64,000 nt of DNA from Pseudomonadota bacterium (GCA_010031735.1 RGZB01000004.1:24-64023); one strand, 5' to 3'. Counted from the stretch's first letter, positions 35,148 through 45,005 are shown. Translations and numbers: made by a program. Notes: a model not told the origin generated them from the sequence alone.

Positions 35148-35638
35148 TGCTGCTTGCGCATCGGCCAAAAATACGTCGCGACACCGTATATAAAAAGGAC
35201 AACCCCGATAACCAGGCCTTTTATGAAATGGGCTTCGGAATCCTGTCGAACCGGCCGGTTGATCTTTGGTTCTTCCTTTACATATTCTACGTCGATGACA
35301 TCACCGGCCTTCAGTTTTTCGGAGATGAATCCATAGTGCGAATTCTGTTTATAGATCTTTCCGTCCACGACGAAAGAATAACCATAGGCCTTGATCGGTT
35401 CTTGCCTGATCGCAGGGTATAGAACCAGATGTTGGAATAACGGCGTGCTGTCGATAAAGACGGTGGCTTTTGCCTTAGACGTATTGGATTCGAAGAGTCG
35501 GTACATGAGAATATCGTTGGTGAAAAATGCGGAAGTGACAATACCCGCCAGAACGAAAAATAACCCTATGCATTCTTTGCGAGTATACAGCGCACGCTTC
35601 TGTTTGCTTGGTTTTGCTTGCGGACGGCGTTTCTTCAT
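35141..35638 (-). CDS. hypothetical membrane protein (TM, beta-rich region, TM; DUF3592-like layout)
   Basis: Start placed at MKKRRPQAK. Two hydrophobic helices flank a soluble segment. Confidence 0.5.
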   Translation of the reverse strand: MKKRRPQAKPSKQKRALYTRKECIGLFFVLAGIVTSAFFTNDILMYRLFESNTSKAKATVFIDSTPLFQHLVLYPAIRQEPIKAYGYSFVVDGKIYKQNSHYGFISEKLKAGDVIDVEYVKEEPKINRPVRQDSEAHFIKGLVIGVVLFIYGVATYFWPMRKQQK

Positions 35639-35799
35639 ACGATAGTGAATGATCCCTGCTCTCCCTAGGCTGCCTATCACTATAGATGAACTACTGTATC
35701 CTAAAAAGATATGTCTTTTTACGGCCACACGCGCACGCGATGTCGGGGTTTAACCCTTATAAAAATTGACTGAAGAAAAATAACAGCTAAAGTTTCGCT

Positions 35800-36612
35800 A
35801 TGGCATTTAGCAATTTCATAGGTATTGTTCTCGGGTTTCTGGTTATTTTCCTAACCATTACCATGCACTCCGCCAATGGCAGTGCATTCTTAAGCACCGA
35901 AGGTGCGATGCTGGTGATGGGCGGTACGTTCGCGTATGCGCTGATGAGTTTCCCCGGCAGGCTGGTGTTACAAGCGATGAAAGCGATCGTCCACATGGTC
36001 ACGAAACCGGTGCACGGCCCTGAAACACTCAAAGACGATATCCAGCGTTTTGTCTCGTGGGGTTATTTCATCCACAGCAAGGGCATGAAGGAATTCGAGC
36101 GTAAAGTCGCAGAAAAACTGATGGATCCTGAGCTCCGTTACGGTGCGGATCTGCTGGTATCCGGCTATAATGCCGAGGATGTCCGCAGGCTGATGGAAAC
36201 CGCCGCCGAAACGGCTTTTGAACGTAATACCCGTCCGACCGCAGTGCTGCAAAACATGGCAGGCAGTGCGCCGGCCTTCGGCATGGTGGGAACGCTCGTC
36301 GGTATGGTGGTGATGCTCGCGAATTTCGAGTCGGATATGTCAAAAGTAGGCTCCGGCATGGCGATCGCCATGATCGCGACCTTCTACGGATTGGTGATGG
36401 CGCGCCTGGTGTTCATGCCGGCGGCGAACAATCTGAACATCAAACAGGAGCAGGTACGCTTCCGCAATTATCTGCTGGCGGAAGGATTCGCACTCCTGGC
36501 AGAAAAGCGCACGGCGAGTTTCGTGCAAGATGCACTCGATAGTTATATGGACCCCGTCCACCATCAGGATCTGACGCATCTGCGCCAGCGCAAAAATGAG
36601 CCAGTCCTCTAA
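35800..36612 (+). CDS. motA: flagellar motor stator protein MotA/PomA family
   Basis: AGSAPAFGMVGTLVGMV...GMAIAMIATFYGLVMARLVFMPAANNL. Overlaps the motB start. Confidence 0.85.
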   Translation: MAFSNFIGIVLGFLVIFLTITMHSANGSAFLSTEGAMLVMGGTFAYALMSFPGRLVLQAMKAIVHMVTKPVHGPETLKDDIQRFVSWGYFIHSKGMKEFERKVAEKLMDPELRYGADLLVSGYNAEDVRRLMETAAETAFERNTRPTAVLQNMAGSAPAFGMVGTLVGMVVMLANFESDMSKVGSGMAIAMIATFYGLVMARLVFMPAANNLNIKQEQVRFRNYLLAEGFALLAEKRTASFVQDALDSYMDPVHHQDLTHLRQRKNEPVL

Positions 36613-37312
36613 ACGCCGCAAGAAGCATCAGGAGGTCGAAGAAGGCTGGCTTTTGACGTATGCCGACATGATCACGCTGCTCTTATGTGTTTTCCTGATC
36701 ATGCTTTCTGTTTCCCAGCCTGAACTCAAGAAATTAAAAGAGGTCGAGAAACAACTGCGCCAGCAATTCGGTACGCAAGATGAAATCAAGCTTATCACGA
36801 ATACCGATAACAATCCTCCGGCCGAAAAAGCCTCTCCCTTCTTTAGCATCATGGAACACTTTACCGGTGTCATGAAAGAGAATGTGATGTTGTCGCAGGA
36901 TGTCTTCACGCGCGAAACCAAGAACGGCGGCGAGATCGTGATCCGTAGCGCGCCGATGTTCAAGCCGGGCGAAGCCAAACTTACCGCAGAAGGGGAATGG
37001 ACGGTCGACCAGCTCGCCTCTACCCTCTCGGCCTTCGGCTACGCCAAATATGTGATTTCCGTGGAGGGCCATACGGATAATATCCCTATCACGAGCGCGA
37101 TGTTCCCATCGAACTGGTATCTCTCGGCTGCGCGCGCTGCCGCAGTGGTGGAGCGCTTGATCGTGCAAGGTATCGATGCAACGAAACTGCGTGCGGTGGG
37201 TTATGGCGATACACGTCCGGAAGTGCCGAACCAGGATCTGGATGGCCACCCGATCGAAGAGAACCAGGCCATCAACCGCCGCGTGACGATCCGCATCGAG
37301 AACGCGAACTAA
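36596..37312 (+). CDS. motB: flagellar motor protein MotB (OmpA-like C-terminal domain)
   Basis: EEGWLLTYADMITLLLCVFLIM...VEGHTDNIPI...NWYLSAARAAAVVERL...NRRVTIRI. Confidence 0.85.
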   Translation: MSQSSKRRKKHQEVEEGWLLTYADMITLLLCVFLIMLSVSQPELKKLKEVEKQLRQQFGTQDEIKLITNTDNNPPAEKASPFFSIMEHFTGVMKENVMLSQDVFTRETKNGGEIVIRSAPMFKPGEAKLTAEGEWTVDQLASTLSAFGYAKYVISVEGHTDNIPITSAMFPSNWYLSAARAAAVVERLIVQGIDATKLRAVGYGDTRPEVPNQDLDGHPIEENQAINRRVTIRIENAN

Positions 37313-38376
37313 GCGGCCGTATTCCCGGCAAGTACGACGTGCGATTTTGGGAATGCGTCCGTCTGCTCTTTCTGGAAATAACGCAGCATCTTCTCACGCA
37401 CCTCACAGCGCAAGGTGAACAGATCGGAAGAATTGCGTGCACTTAACGCAATCCTGAGCTCGATCGAATTCTCCTTACAATCCGTCACCAGCAGATCGCA
37501 ACGTTTCCCATCCCACACGGGCGAGGCTTTCGTGATCTTCGTTACTTCGGCACGCACGGCATCGATATCCACCATCGGGTCGAGGTAGAAGAATACCGTG
37601 CCCATGAGGTCGGCTTCGTGGTAGGTCCAGTTCTCGAAGTGGTTCTGACTAAAATATTGCAGCGGTACGATCAAGCGGCGCATATCCCATGCGCGAATGA
37701 CGACATAGCTTGATGTGATCTCTTCGATAACGCCAGACTGGCCACTGACCACCACTTCATCGCCGAGCAATATTTGTTGCGAGAGTGCAAGCTGAACCCC
37801 GGAAATCAGGTTCGAGAGGGTTTCCTTAGCTGCCACACCGATGATGATACCTGCCACACCCGCAGAGGCGAAAAGGCTCATGCCGAACTCGCGGAGCGAC
37901 GGGATCATCAGTGCCATGCCGATCAGGGTAAGTGCACTAATGACGAAGATCGCGACCCGCATGAGGACGACGATCTGCGTATTGAAACGACGGGCATCGA
38001 CACTGTCACGTGCCTGTTTGGCCGGAGAATTGAGCGCCAGCCATTTCCCGAGCCCTTTCGTGAAGCTGATGAAGAGCCAGCCGAGCACCAATACGCTAAA
38101 AGGTTTCAGCGCGACATGCAGATGGGCAGTGGCCTTCGCCGGGATATGGGTAAGGGGGAAAGCGGCATAGAGTGCAATCAATATCAAGAGCCACAGCAGC
38201 GGGCGGCGTATATGTACGATGACATCGGTGATCAAGCTCGAATGGAACAGGCGCTGCGAACGGAACAAGCGTACGATAAGTGCCTGTGCCACCTTGGCGA
38301 GCACCAATGCCAGTATCAATATGCCTGCCGTTTGCAGGAGATGGATTAAAGGAGTGTTTTCTAAGAACTGTTCCAT
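37309..38376 (-). CDS. mechanosensitive ion channel (MscS family)
   Basis: N-terminal TM helices, then AGIIIGVAAKETLSNLISGVQLALSQ.ILLGD.V...G.IEEITSSYVVIR. Confidence 0.85.
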   Translation of the reverse strand: MEQFLENTPLIHLLQTAGILILALVLAKVAQALIVRLFRSQRLFHSSLITDVIVHIRRPLLWLLILIALYAAFPLTHIPAKATAHLHVALKPFSVLVLGWLFISFTKGLGKWLALNSPAKQARDSVDARRFNTQIVVLMRVAIFVISALTLIGMALMIPSLREFGMSLFASAGVAGIIIGVAAKETLSNLISGVQLALSQQILLGDEVVVSGQSGVIEEITSSYVVIRAWDMRRLIVPLQYFSQNHFENWTYHEADLMGTVFFYLDPMVDIDAVRAEVTKITKASPVWDGKRCDLLVTDCKENSIELRIALSARNSSDLFTLRCEVREKMLRYFQKEQTDAFPKSHVVLAGNTAA

Positions 38377-38424
38377 GGCAACCCTTACTAACGTACCTCG
38401 GTTAAACGGGCAATAAGCTAGTTT

Positions 38425-39102
38425 CTAATCCGCGGTATGGGATTCTTTCTGCGCTTTGGCCAGATCCTTCCGGAATGCTGCATTCTGCAGCAGGCCCCCG
38501 ACGATCAAATCCGCCAGTTGCTTGCCGCCTTTGATATCGTGCGGGTAATGCATGCCCACTAGCACGCGGTGCTGCGCAATCGTCTCGGCACGGTCGATGA
38601 ACTGCTGGCGCTCTTTCGGGAACACCATGCCAAGCACATAGGCAAAACAATAGCTCGCCGAGGTATGGCCGCTCGGATACGCATTATTCGAATGGGCATC
38701 GATTAATGCTTTCACGCGGCTATCGGAGAGGTAGGGCCTTTTGGTGCTCCAGAAGGTTTTGGCCTGATTGGTGACCACACGCGACGTATCGGATACTCGG
38801 TCCAGTAATACAAAGAGTGCTGGATTCGATGCACGTGTGATTTCAGGATGCAAGGTCTCAAGCATCCTTTCGGGATGCACATCACGCTCACTGGCGGCAG
38901 CATTAATCTCCTCTTTGGAAGCATGTTTCTGTAGAGCGATGATGGTCTCTATCTCTTCGTTCCACGCAGCACTTTTGGGTGCAAGTGGCGGGGTGAGCAA
39001 TGTCGGCGGGACCGTTTCCGCAGGGAAATAGGGCTTAGCATGCACGGCCTGCGAGGTGCCGAAGCAAATGATTATGAAACAAAGAAGGCGGACTAAAAGC
39101 AT
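38425..39102 (-). CDS. PAP2-family (class A acid phosphatase-like) periplasmic phosphatase
   Basis: Signal peptide MLLVRLLCFIIICFGTSQAVHA and motifs KRPY...PSGH...HYPHD. The track's upstream extension (to 39162) runs across the tRNA remnant and was trimmed. Confidence 0.8.
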   Translation of the reverse strand: MLLVRLLCFIIICFGTSQAVHAKPYFPAETVPPTLLTPPLAPKSAAWNEEIETIIALQKHASKEEINAAASERDVHPERMLETLHPEITRASNPALFVLLDRVSDTSRVVTNQAKTFWSTKRPYLSDSRVKALIDAHSNNAYPSGHTSASYCFAYVLGMVFPKERQQFIDRAETIAQHRVLVGMHYPHDIKGGKQLADLIVGGLLQNAAFRKDLAKAQKESHTAD

Positions 39103-39121
39103 CGTATGGCCTCTTTTAGAA

Positions 39122-39142
39122 AAATGGTGCCGGAAGAGGACT
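39122..39142. repeat. attL: displaced copy of the tRNA-Leu 3' end
   Basis: A 21-nt copy of 46596-46617 with one C missing. Confidence 0.75.
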
Positions 39143-39199
39143 ATAAACATTCTTTTATCCATCTAATATATAACGATAAATAGATAACAAGATTTGGTT

Positions 39200-39225
39200 T
39201 ATACCCCCATTTGTACCCCCAATTG
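39200..39225. repeat. island-arm repeat tatacccccatttgtacccccaattg (2 x TACCCCCA), copy 1
   Basis: 25 of 26 nt identical to 46464-46489, in the same orientation. Confidence 0.7.
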
Positions 39226-39254
39226 ATTCTCGTAACCGAACCATGGAGCTACTT

Positions 39255-39473
39255 ATGAATGGCGTAACGAAGTGCATACTACTTTCTTCTTTTATAATTA
39301 CAAGCGCTTGCGCCAGCTCACCCCACACGAAGCAATCGATGCCGATGAAGCATGTGCGCTGCAACGGCGTAGAGGAGTGGGTTACTAACCAGGAACTTTA
39401 CGATATGGTTGTAAACACTGGCAGCAATGCAGGTGGCAAAGGCTGTGAAATTATCCGCAAAGAGGAGGAATAG
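39255..39473 (+). CDS. small putative lipoprotein (island cargo)
   Basis: MNGVTKCILLSSFIITSAC..., a signal with a Cys after the hydrophobic core. A GGAG ribosome-binding site precedes this ATG. Confidence 0.4.
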   Translation: MNGVTKCILLSSFIITSACASSPHTKQSMPMKHVRCNGVEEWVTNQELYDMVVNTGSNAGGKGCEIIRKEEE

Positions 39474-39475
39474 TC

Positions 39476-39787
39476 ATGAGTGGTTATCTCAACAAAGATA
39501 CGTCTAAAGCAGTGTTCGAACAATTCAAAGAGGATGCAAAATATCTTGAAGGAAGTTTTGTAAGCCCAGCAGCATTCACTCGGATAGATCTTGAAGATGC
39601 AAAAGGACTTTGTCAGCTTGTGGTCGAACGCTTGGATATGTATGCCGATTTATGTGCATTCACAATGGTTGGTGATAAACAATTCCGCGTGATTGCAGAA
39701 GATGTGCTGTTGGCTACTCTTAACCTTGCGCGAGAATTAGAAAACCATTTGGCAAGGCTAGAGCATAAGTTGAAGAGCATCAGCTAA
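39476..39787 (+). CDS. hypothetical helical protein (island cargo)
   Basis: GAGGAGG ribosome-binding site. 103 aa, starting 3 nt after the preceding stop. Confidence 0.5.
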   Translation: MSGYLNKDTSKAVFEQFKEDAKYLEGSFVSPAAFTRIDLEDAKGLCQLVVERLDMYADLCAFTMVGDKQFRVIAEDVLLATLNLARELENHLARLEHKLKSIS

Positions 39788-40051
39788 CCACTTACGTAAT
39801 GAAGGCCAAAGGGCTTAACAGCGCGGACAAAAGTACTACGGAGGCTATCGCGCTGCGTGTTGTACAGACGATGCGGTCACACGCGAAGCGGAAGAAGATA
39901 GACGGGAGCCAGTGGCGGAAGAACGTATGCTTGTGGCGTCAAAATGGGACATAAAAAATAAATAAAGGCAGCCTCTTGTCAGGCTCTTTATACGGCATAT
40001 ATACTACAATGTTCGCAATCGGTGAGTTGCGTAAATTTGGAGTACCGCCTC

Positions 40052-41026
40052 ATGTCAGATAGTAAAAAACCATCTGTGCCGACCGCCTTAAAATCAAGCA
40101 AAATCAATAAATTGAATCATGTAAACATCAATTTGCCGACCACCCCCCGTCAGATCGAACTAGATCTCCATGTCGAAAAACAGGTGAATCGTGACGGCGT
40201 TGATATGGGCGTACTTTCAGATGGAACTGCTTTCCTTTCTGGCCGCGGCCTTGCTCGTCTGTGTGGGGTATCTAACTCTATTATGTCTGAAATCATGGCT
40301 GACTGGAATACAGAAAAGCCTCGCATTAAGCGCATCAAAGAAATTTTAGGTGGCGATCATCAGGCATTAGATAGTCCGATTGTAGGGGAAGTGGAGTTTG
40401 ATGGTGCAGTTGGGTATGCATGGCCTGAAGATGTCTGCCTAGCAGTACTGGAATACTATGCAATCGATGCGCAACAAGGTAGCTCAGAGCATGCAAGGAA
40501 GAACTTCCGTCTGCTTGCTGGTAAAGGTTTGCACGACCTCATCTACAAAGAGGTGGGCTATGATCCCAATTACAACGTTCCAGAAAAATGGCGCATCTTC
40601 CACGACAGAATGTCGCTTGTTTATAATTCCGTTCCGGTCGGGTACTTCGGCATATTTAAAGAGATCGCGGACATGATAGTCCATCTCGGGCAGAACGGTG
40701 TGCATATCGACTCTTCTTTCGTTCCTGACATTAGTGTTGGTATCGCATGGGGTAAGCACTGGGCGGATGCGAAGCTTGATGAGAAGTTCGGCACAAGGAT
40801 TAAGTTTGAACATAACTATCCTGAATATTTTGCACAGGCAAAATCGAATCCACAAGAGCCGTGGTGTTATCCCGAGGCCGCCTTAGGAGAGTTCCGTCGC
40901 TGGTTACGTGAAGACTACATCGGTGATGGTAAATTCGCTAAGTACCTCGAGGGTGCAGTAAAGAAAAAGGCTATCCCTTTATCGTTCGCACAACTTGCGA
41001 TAGCTGCTTATCAGGAAGCTGTTTAA
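40052..41026 (+). CDS. hypothetical phage-type protein with an N-terminal HTH-like segment (island cargo)
   Basis: GVLSDGTAFLSGRGLARLCGVSNSIMSEIMADW, followed by a roughly 230-aa unrecognised domain. GGAG ribosome-binding site before the ATG at 40052. Confidence 0.55.
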   Translation: MSDSKKPSVPTALKSSKINKLNHVNINLPTTPRQIELDLHVEKQVNRDGVDMGVLSDGTAFLSGRGLARLCGVSNSIMSEIMADWNTEKPRIKRIKEILGGDHQALDSPIVGEVEFDGAVGYAWPEDVCLAVLEYYAIDAQQGSSEHARKNFRLLAGKGLHDLIYKEVGYDPNYNVPEKWRIFHDRMSLVYNSVPVGYFGIFKEIADMIVHLGQNGVHIDSSFVPDISVGIAWGKHWADAKLDEKFGTRIKFEHNYPEYFAQAKSNPQEPWCYPEAALGEFRRWLREDYIGDGKFAKYLEGAVKKKAIPLSFAQLAIAAYQEAV

Positions 41027-41377
41027 CGCTGCCAGTAACCTTTCCACTGGCGCGACGCCGGACTCTCCATCGTGGCGCTTGTCGCCATCAGATAAAGCTC
41101 TCCGTTGCTGATACGGCGGTTGTCCTCGAAAAGAGGCCTTTCTACATCTTCTGCCGCATACAACGTGTAGAGCAGCATGATCCTTCAGCCCATAATTCTT
41201 TTGACAAACGTGGTTCGATTCACGACATACAGAATCGAACGGAGCTATACGCATACGTTTGAATGGTTTTTATATGGTTTAATTATTGTTTCTCAAAAAC
41301 TTACAAAATAGTTGCGATAGTTTGCATGGATTTTCGGGCATTCGTTTTAGGATACGAGCATAACAGAAAGGAAAAGT

Positions 41378-41593
41378 ATGATTACCGAGAACTTCAACCT
41401 AAACCGCGCAGCGTATACAGTCGCTGAACTGGAGGCCATTCTTCCTTTCCGCCGCACAAGGATTTACGGCCTCGTAAAGGAGGGTAAACTACGACCCACA
41501 CGATGCGGTCGTCGCACAATGTTCCTGGCAAGCGATGTGCAAGCATTCCTTGTTTCGTTGCGTGATGATCAAACCTCAGGTGGGGTGCAGTAG
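41378..41593 (+). CDS. AlpA/excisionase-family HTH DNA-binding protein
   Basis: YTVAELEAILPFRRTRIYGLVKEGKLRPTRCGRRTMFLASDVQAFL. Confidence 0.8.
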   Translation: MITENFNLNRAAYTVAELEAILPFRRTRIYGLVKEGKLRPTRCGRRTMFLASDVQAFLVSLRDDQTSGGVQ

Positions 41594-42544
41594 ATGCAGC
41601 CTTCGTTTGACCAAGGATTGCAGCATCTCAAGAACAGTCTTCTAAACGGCCTTGATCAATTGGTTAATGTGTTGTTTCCAGCGCGTACGATACTGAAATC
41701 AGTGCATGAGTATCGCATCGGAACCCACGGAAGTATTTCGATACGATGTGATGATGGAGCATATTTTAACCATGAGACAGGCGAGGGCGGTGATATATTA
41801 ACATTGATTCAGCACGCCCTAAAAACCGACTTTAAAGGTGCGTTAGCATTTGCGAAGGGGTTTGTTGGTAGTGCGCCTAAGCCTGTGCCTAACCTTCAGA
41901 AGCGACTGAATGAGCGCGCGGAACGGCAACGTGATAAAGCTATTTTGATGCTAAAGCGTTCGGTTTCGATCAAGGATACACTGGCACAGCGATACATAGA
42001 GGAGCATCGCAGAATTGAGGCGGAGTATGTTCCTGCATCACTGCACTTTCTGCCACACGCTTATAACCACACCGCCGATGGGTTTTTCCCTGCGATGATT
42101 GCACCTATCAACAGTGTTGATGCTGAGGTGATTGCAGCGCATGTCACATTTCTTGATCCCAAGACAGGCAACAAACTTAAAGGAGATGGCATCAAATCGC
42201 GCCTTATATTTGGCTCTTGCAGAGGTGGCGCAATAAGGCTTTCAGGGGCAACAGACAGGCTTGCATTGTGCGAAGGTATCGAAGATGGCTTAACCATATT
42301 GAGTACTACCGACTGGCCAGTTTGGGTAACGGGAGGCACGTCGAATCTACGCTCAGTAGAACTGCCTGATTCGATAAGAGAAGTACTTATTGGTGCAGAT
42401 AATGATCAGGCAGGGCTTGAGGCCACACAACATCTTGCTAAACGTTTAACTAAAGAAGGCCGCATGGTGCGCATCGCTACACCACCATCAGGATACAAAG
42501 ACTTTAATGCAATGCTTTGCGGGGAGAAACACCATGTCGCATGA
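41594..42544 (+). CDS. toprim-domain primase-like protein
   Basis: LALCEGIEDGLTI...VLIGADNDQAGLEATQHLAKRL, giving toprim E and DxD. The N-terminal region resembles P4 alpha-type primases. Confidence 0.75.
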   Translation: MQPSFDQGLQHLKNSLLNGLDQLVNVLFPARTILKSVHEYRIGTHGSISIRCDDGAYFNHETGEGGDILTLIQHALKTDFKGALAFAKGFVGSAPKPVPNLQKRLNERAERQRDKAILMLKRSVSIKDTLAQRYIEEHRRIEAEYVPASLHFLPHAYNHTADGFFPAMIAPINSVDAEVIAAHVTFLDPKTGNKLKGDGIKSRLIFGSCRGGAIRLSGATDRLALCEGIEDGLTILSTTDWPVWVTGGTSNLRSVELPDSIREVLIGADNDQAGLEATQHLAKRLTKEGRMVRIATPPSGYKDFNAMLCGEKHHVA

Positions 42545-43997
42545 AGATATAAAGGCGGTGATTGATACCGCGCCAGTGGTGAGTGTGAAGGAAGATATAA
42601 CCACAACGATCACTCGCCTCTCTATGCTACCTCCACTGGAATATGAAAGGGTGCGTGATTCGGAGGCAGAGCGTTTGGGTGTTCGGGTGGCGGCACTTGA
42701 TAAGGAGGTGTTAGCCAATCGCAAGTCCTTACAGCAGGATGATGATGCGATGATGTTCTCAGTGGTTCCGGTATGGCCGGAGCCTGTCGATCTTGAGATA
42801 TTGCTCGATGAAGTGGCTACAACCGTACAGCGCTTTATTATCTGCGAAAAAGAAACTGCGATTGCAACGGCGCTATGGTGCGCGTTCACATGGGTGATTG
42901 ATGATGTACAGGTAGCGCCACTGGCGGTGATTACTGCTCCTGAGAAGCGATGCGGCAAAAGCCAACTGCTTAACCTTATAGGCAAACTAGTACCAAAACC
43001 TCTGGTGGCTTCCAATATCTCACCCTCAGCAACCTTTCGAGTAATAGAGGCATATAGGCCAACCCTACTCATCGATGAGGCAGATACGTTCTTCAAAGAT
43101 AATGAAGAACTGCGTGGTGTGATTAATAGCGGACATACACGGCAATCGGCGTATGTGATTCGTTCGGTAGGCGATGATCATGAACCGAAGCAGTTTTCCA
43201 CATGGGGTGCTAAGGCCATATCCGGTATTGGCACGCTCGCTGACACCATCATGGATAGGGCGATTATACTAACGCTCAGAAGGAAGCTGCCCCATGAAGC
43301 CGTAAAGAGACTGCGTCATGCGGAGGCGGGTACGTTTGAGGTTTTAGCATCCAAGCTCGCACGATTCGCACAGGATTATGGTGATACCGTAGCGCGTTCC
43401 CGTCCACCATTGCCCGAAGCGCTGAATGACCGTGCCCAGGATAATTGGGAGCCTTTGCTTGCGATTGCTGATTGTGCGGGTGGTAAATGGCCTGAGCTTG
43501 CCAGAAACACTGCGCTTACATTATCCAGTGCCGAGCATGAAAGCCCATCTCTCTCCGCTGAGCTACTGAGTGATATTAAAAAGGTGTTTGAATATAAGCT
43601 AACGGATCGCATCTCCACCACCGAGCTTATAACCGCACTCTGCAAAGACGAAGAAAAGCCATGGGCAACCTATAACCGTGGCAAGCAGCTTTCATCCCGT
43701 CAGCTGAGCAAACAACTCTCCGAATATGGCATTGCCAGCAAATCAATGCGAATAGAAGGAGTGGTCTCCAGAGGCTTTGAATTACAACAGTTTAGCGATG
43801 CGTTTGCGCGCTACTTAACCTCTACCCCCCTCGAATCCGCTACATTGTTACAATCCAGCTTTTCCGAGCCTTACACTGTAGCAGATAATGTGCAGTGTAA
43901 CATTTACAAAAACGAATCCTCTACTCTAGAGGCCGCAGAAATCCTCAATTGTAACAATGTAGCAGATAAATCAGGGGTAGTAGAGGTAAGGATATGA
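42534..43997 (+). CDS. DUF3631-type P-loop ATPase (replication/helicase-like)
   Basis: Walker A APEKRCGKS, Walker B LLIDEAD, then ELRGVINSGH. GGGGAGA ribosome-binding site. Confidence 0.7.
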   Translation: MSHEDIKAVIDTAPVVSVKEDITTTITRLSMLPPLEYERVRDSEAERLGVRVAALDKEVLANRKSLQQDDDAMMFSVVPVWPEPVDLEILLDEVATTVQRFIICEKETAIATALWCAFTWVIDDVQVAPLAVITAPEKRCGKSQLLNLIGKLVPKPLVASNISPSATFRVIEAYRPTLLIDEADTFFKDNEELRGVINSGHTRQSAYVIRSVGDDHEPKQFSTWGAKAISGIGTLADTIMDRAIILTLRRKLPHEAVKRLRHAEAGTFEVLASKLARFAQDYGDTVARSRPPLPEALNDRAQDNWEPLLAIADCAGGKWPELARNTALTLSSAEHESPSLSAELLSDIKKVFEYKLTDRISTTELITALCKDEEKPWATYNRGKQLSSRQLSKQLSEYGIASKSMRIEGVVSRGFELQQFSDAFARYLTSTPLESATLLQSSFSEPYTVADNVQCNIYKNESSTLEAAEILNCNNVADKSGVVEVRI

Positions 43998-44341
43998 AGG
44001 CAGAAGCGTTACTAAATTACGTCAGCAGTCGTGACGTATCGGTATCGGTGAAGGACGGTTCACTGGTGGTGAAGGGGCATAACCACGACGTGGCCGAGGT
44101 TACTTCTTTGCTGCGCCAACATAAGGGTGAGCTGATCGCGCTCCTATCGAGCAAACCAAACGGTAACGATCTAAAACATTTCTACGAGGAGCGAGCGTCG
44201 ATTTACCAATTCGATTCAAACTTCATCAAAGAAGAAGCAGAGCGATGGGCATTTCAGGATGCGCTTACAAGCTATGTACGGGAGCACCACCCAACGATCT
44301 ATGCACAGGTCGAGAAACTCACGTCAGACGTAATACACTAA
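43994..44341 (+). CDS. hypothetical protein
   Basis: Start overlaps the upstream stop (ATGA). No family recognised. Confidence 0.5.
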   Translation: MKAEALLNYVSSRDVSVSVKDGSLVVKGHNHDVAEVTSLLRQHKGELIALLSSKPNGNDLKHFYEERASIYQFDSNFIKEEAERWAFQDALTSYVREHHPTIYAQVEKLTSDVIH

Positions 44342-44354
44342 CATAAGGCTTAGT

Positions 44355-44804
44355 ATGCAATCGGATATAACTGAAAATACAGATCAAAAACACAAGCCTT
44401 GGCAGTTTAAACCCGGCCAATCTGGCAACCCTTCCGGTAAACCAAAAGGTTCAAGGCACAAAACCACCATGGCGGTACAGGCCCTGCTCGAAGGTGAAGC
44501 CGAGGCGATAAGCCGCAAGGCGATAGAACTTGCGCTTATGGGCGATTTGACCGCCATACGTTTGGTGTTGGAGCGTGTTCTACCACCCCGTAAGGATGCG
44601 CCTGTCTTACTAGATATTACTAAGCCTACATCGCTGCAAGAAGTCACCCAAACAATTGCGGATGTAGTGGATGCAGTTGCAGGTGGTGAAATCACGCCGG
44701 GCGAGGGTCAGGCAGTGGTGAACATCATCGATAACCTACGAAAAGCCATCGAAACAACAGAACTTGAACAACGAATCACTAAACTAGAGGAGCAAGTGAA
44801 ATGA
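44355..44804 (+). CDS. DUF5681-like protein
   Basis: PWQFKPGQSGNPSGKPKGSR, the motif typical of DUF5681 phage/island proteins. Confidence 0.55.
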   Translation: MQSDITENTDQKHKPWQFKPGQSGNPSGKPKGSRHKTTMAVQALLEGEAEAISRKAIELALMGDLTAIRLVLERVLPPRKDAPVLLDITKPTSLQEVTQTIADVVDAVAGGEITPGEGQAVVNIIDNLRKAIETTELEQRITKLEEQVK

Positions 44805-44989
44805 ACAACCTAACAAGACGTATTAAAGAACTGGAAAACAAAGCAGGCGGCGATCATCTGGCCGTATTGTTTAAAAAAGATAATGACGATATAGAGGTTC
44901 TTAAAGCCCAATACTTGGAAGAACGCCCCGAATTACATGGCAAGCGCATCCAATGGGTGTTCGCATGTTGGGAAGAGCGGGGGGTTTAA
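44801..44989 (+). CDS. hypothetical small protein
   Basis: Start overlaps the upstream stop (ATGA). 62 aa. Confidence 0.4.
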   Translation: MNNLTRRIKELENKAGGDHLAVLFKKDNDDIEVLKAQYLEERPELHGKRIQWVFACWEERGV

Positions 44990-45005
44990 ATGTGCGGCGC
45001 AGTTG

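Noticed and set aside
35788-35795. TAAAGTTT, the sigma-28 -35 consensus, just before motA.
   Set aside because: It ends 4 nt before the motA ATG, so it cannot be a -35 for this gene. No GCCGATAA-like -10 follows.
38425-39162. The N-terminal extension of the PAP2 ORF (MDKRMFIVLFRHHFSKRGHT).
   Set aside because: The extension is translated from the displaced tRNA-Leu 3' remnant (attL). A proper signal peptide starts at the internal ATG at 39102.
39799-39954. An untracked 51-codon ORF (MKAKGLNSADKSTTEAIALRVVQTMRSHAKRKK...) between the island cargo genes.
   Set aside because: It has no ribosome-binding site and is short. It could be a small basic DNA-binding protein, but the sequence alone does not support a call.
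40979-41254. A 91-aa reverse-strand ORF in the island control region.
   Set aside because: It overlaps the 3' end of the 324-aa gene, has no ribosome-binding site, and has a Cys/Arg-rich, unprotein-like sequence.
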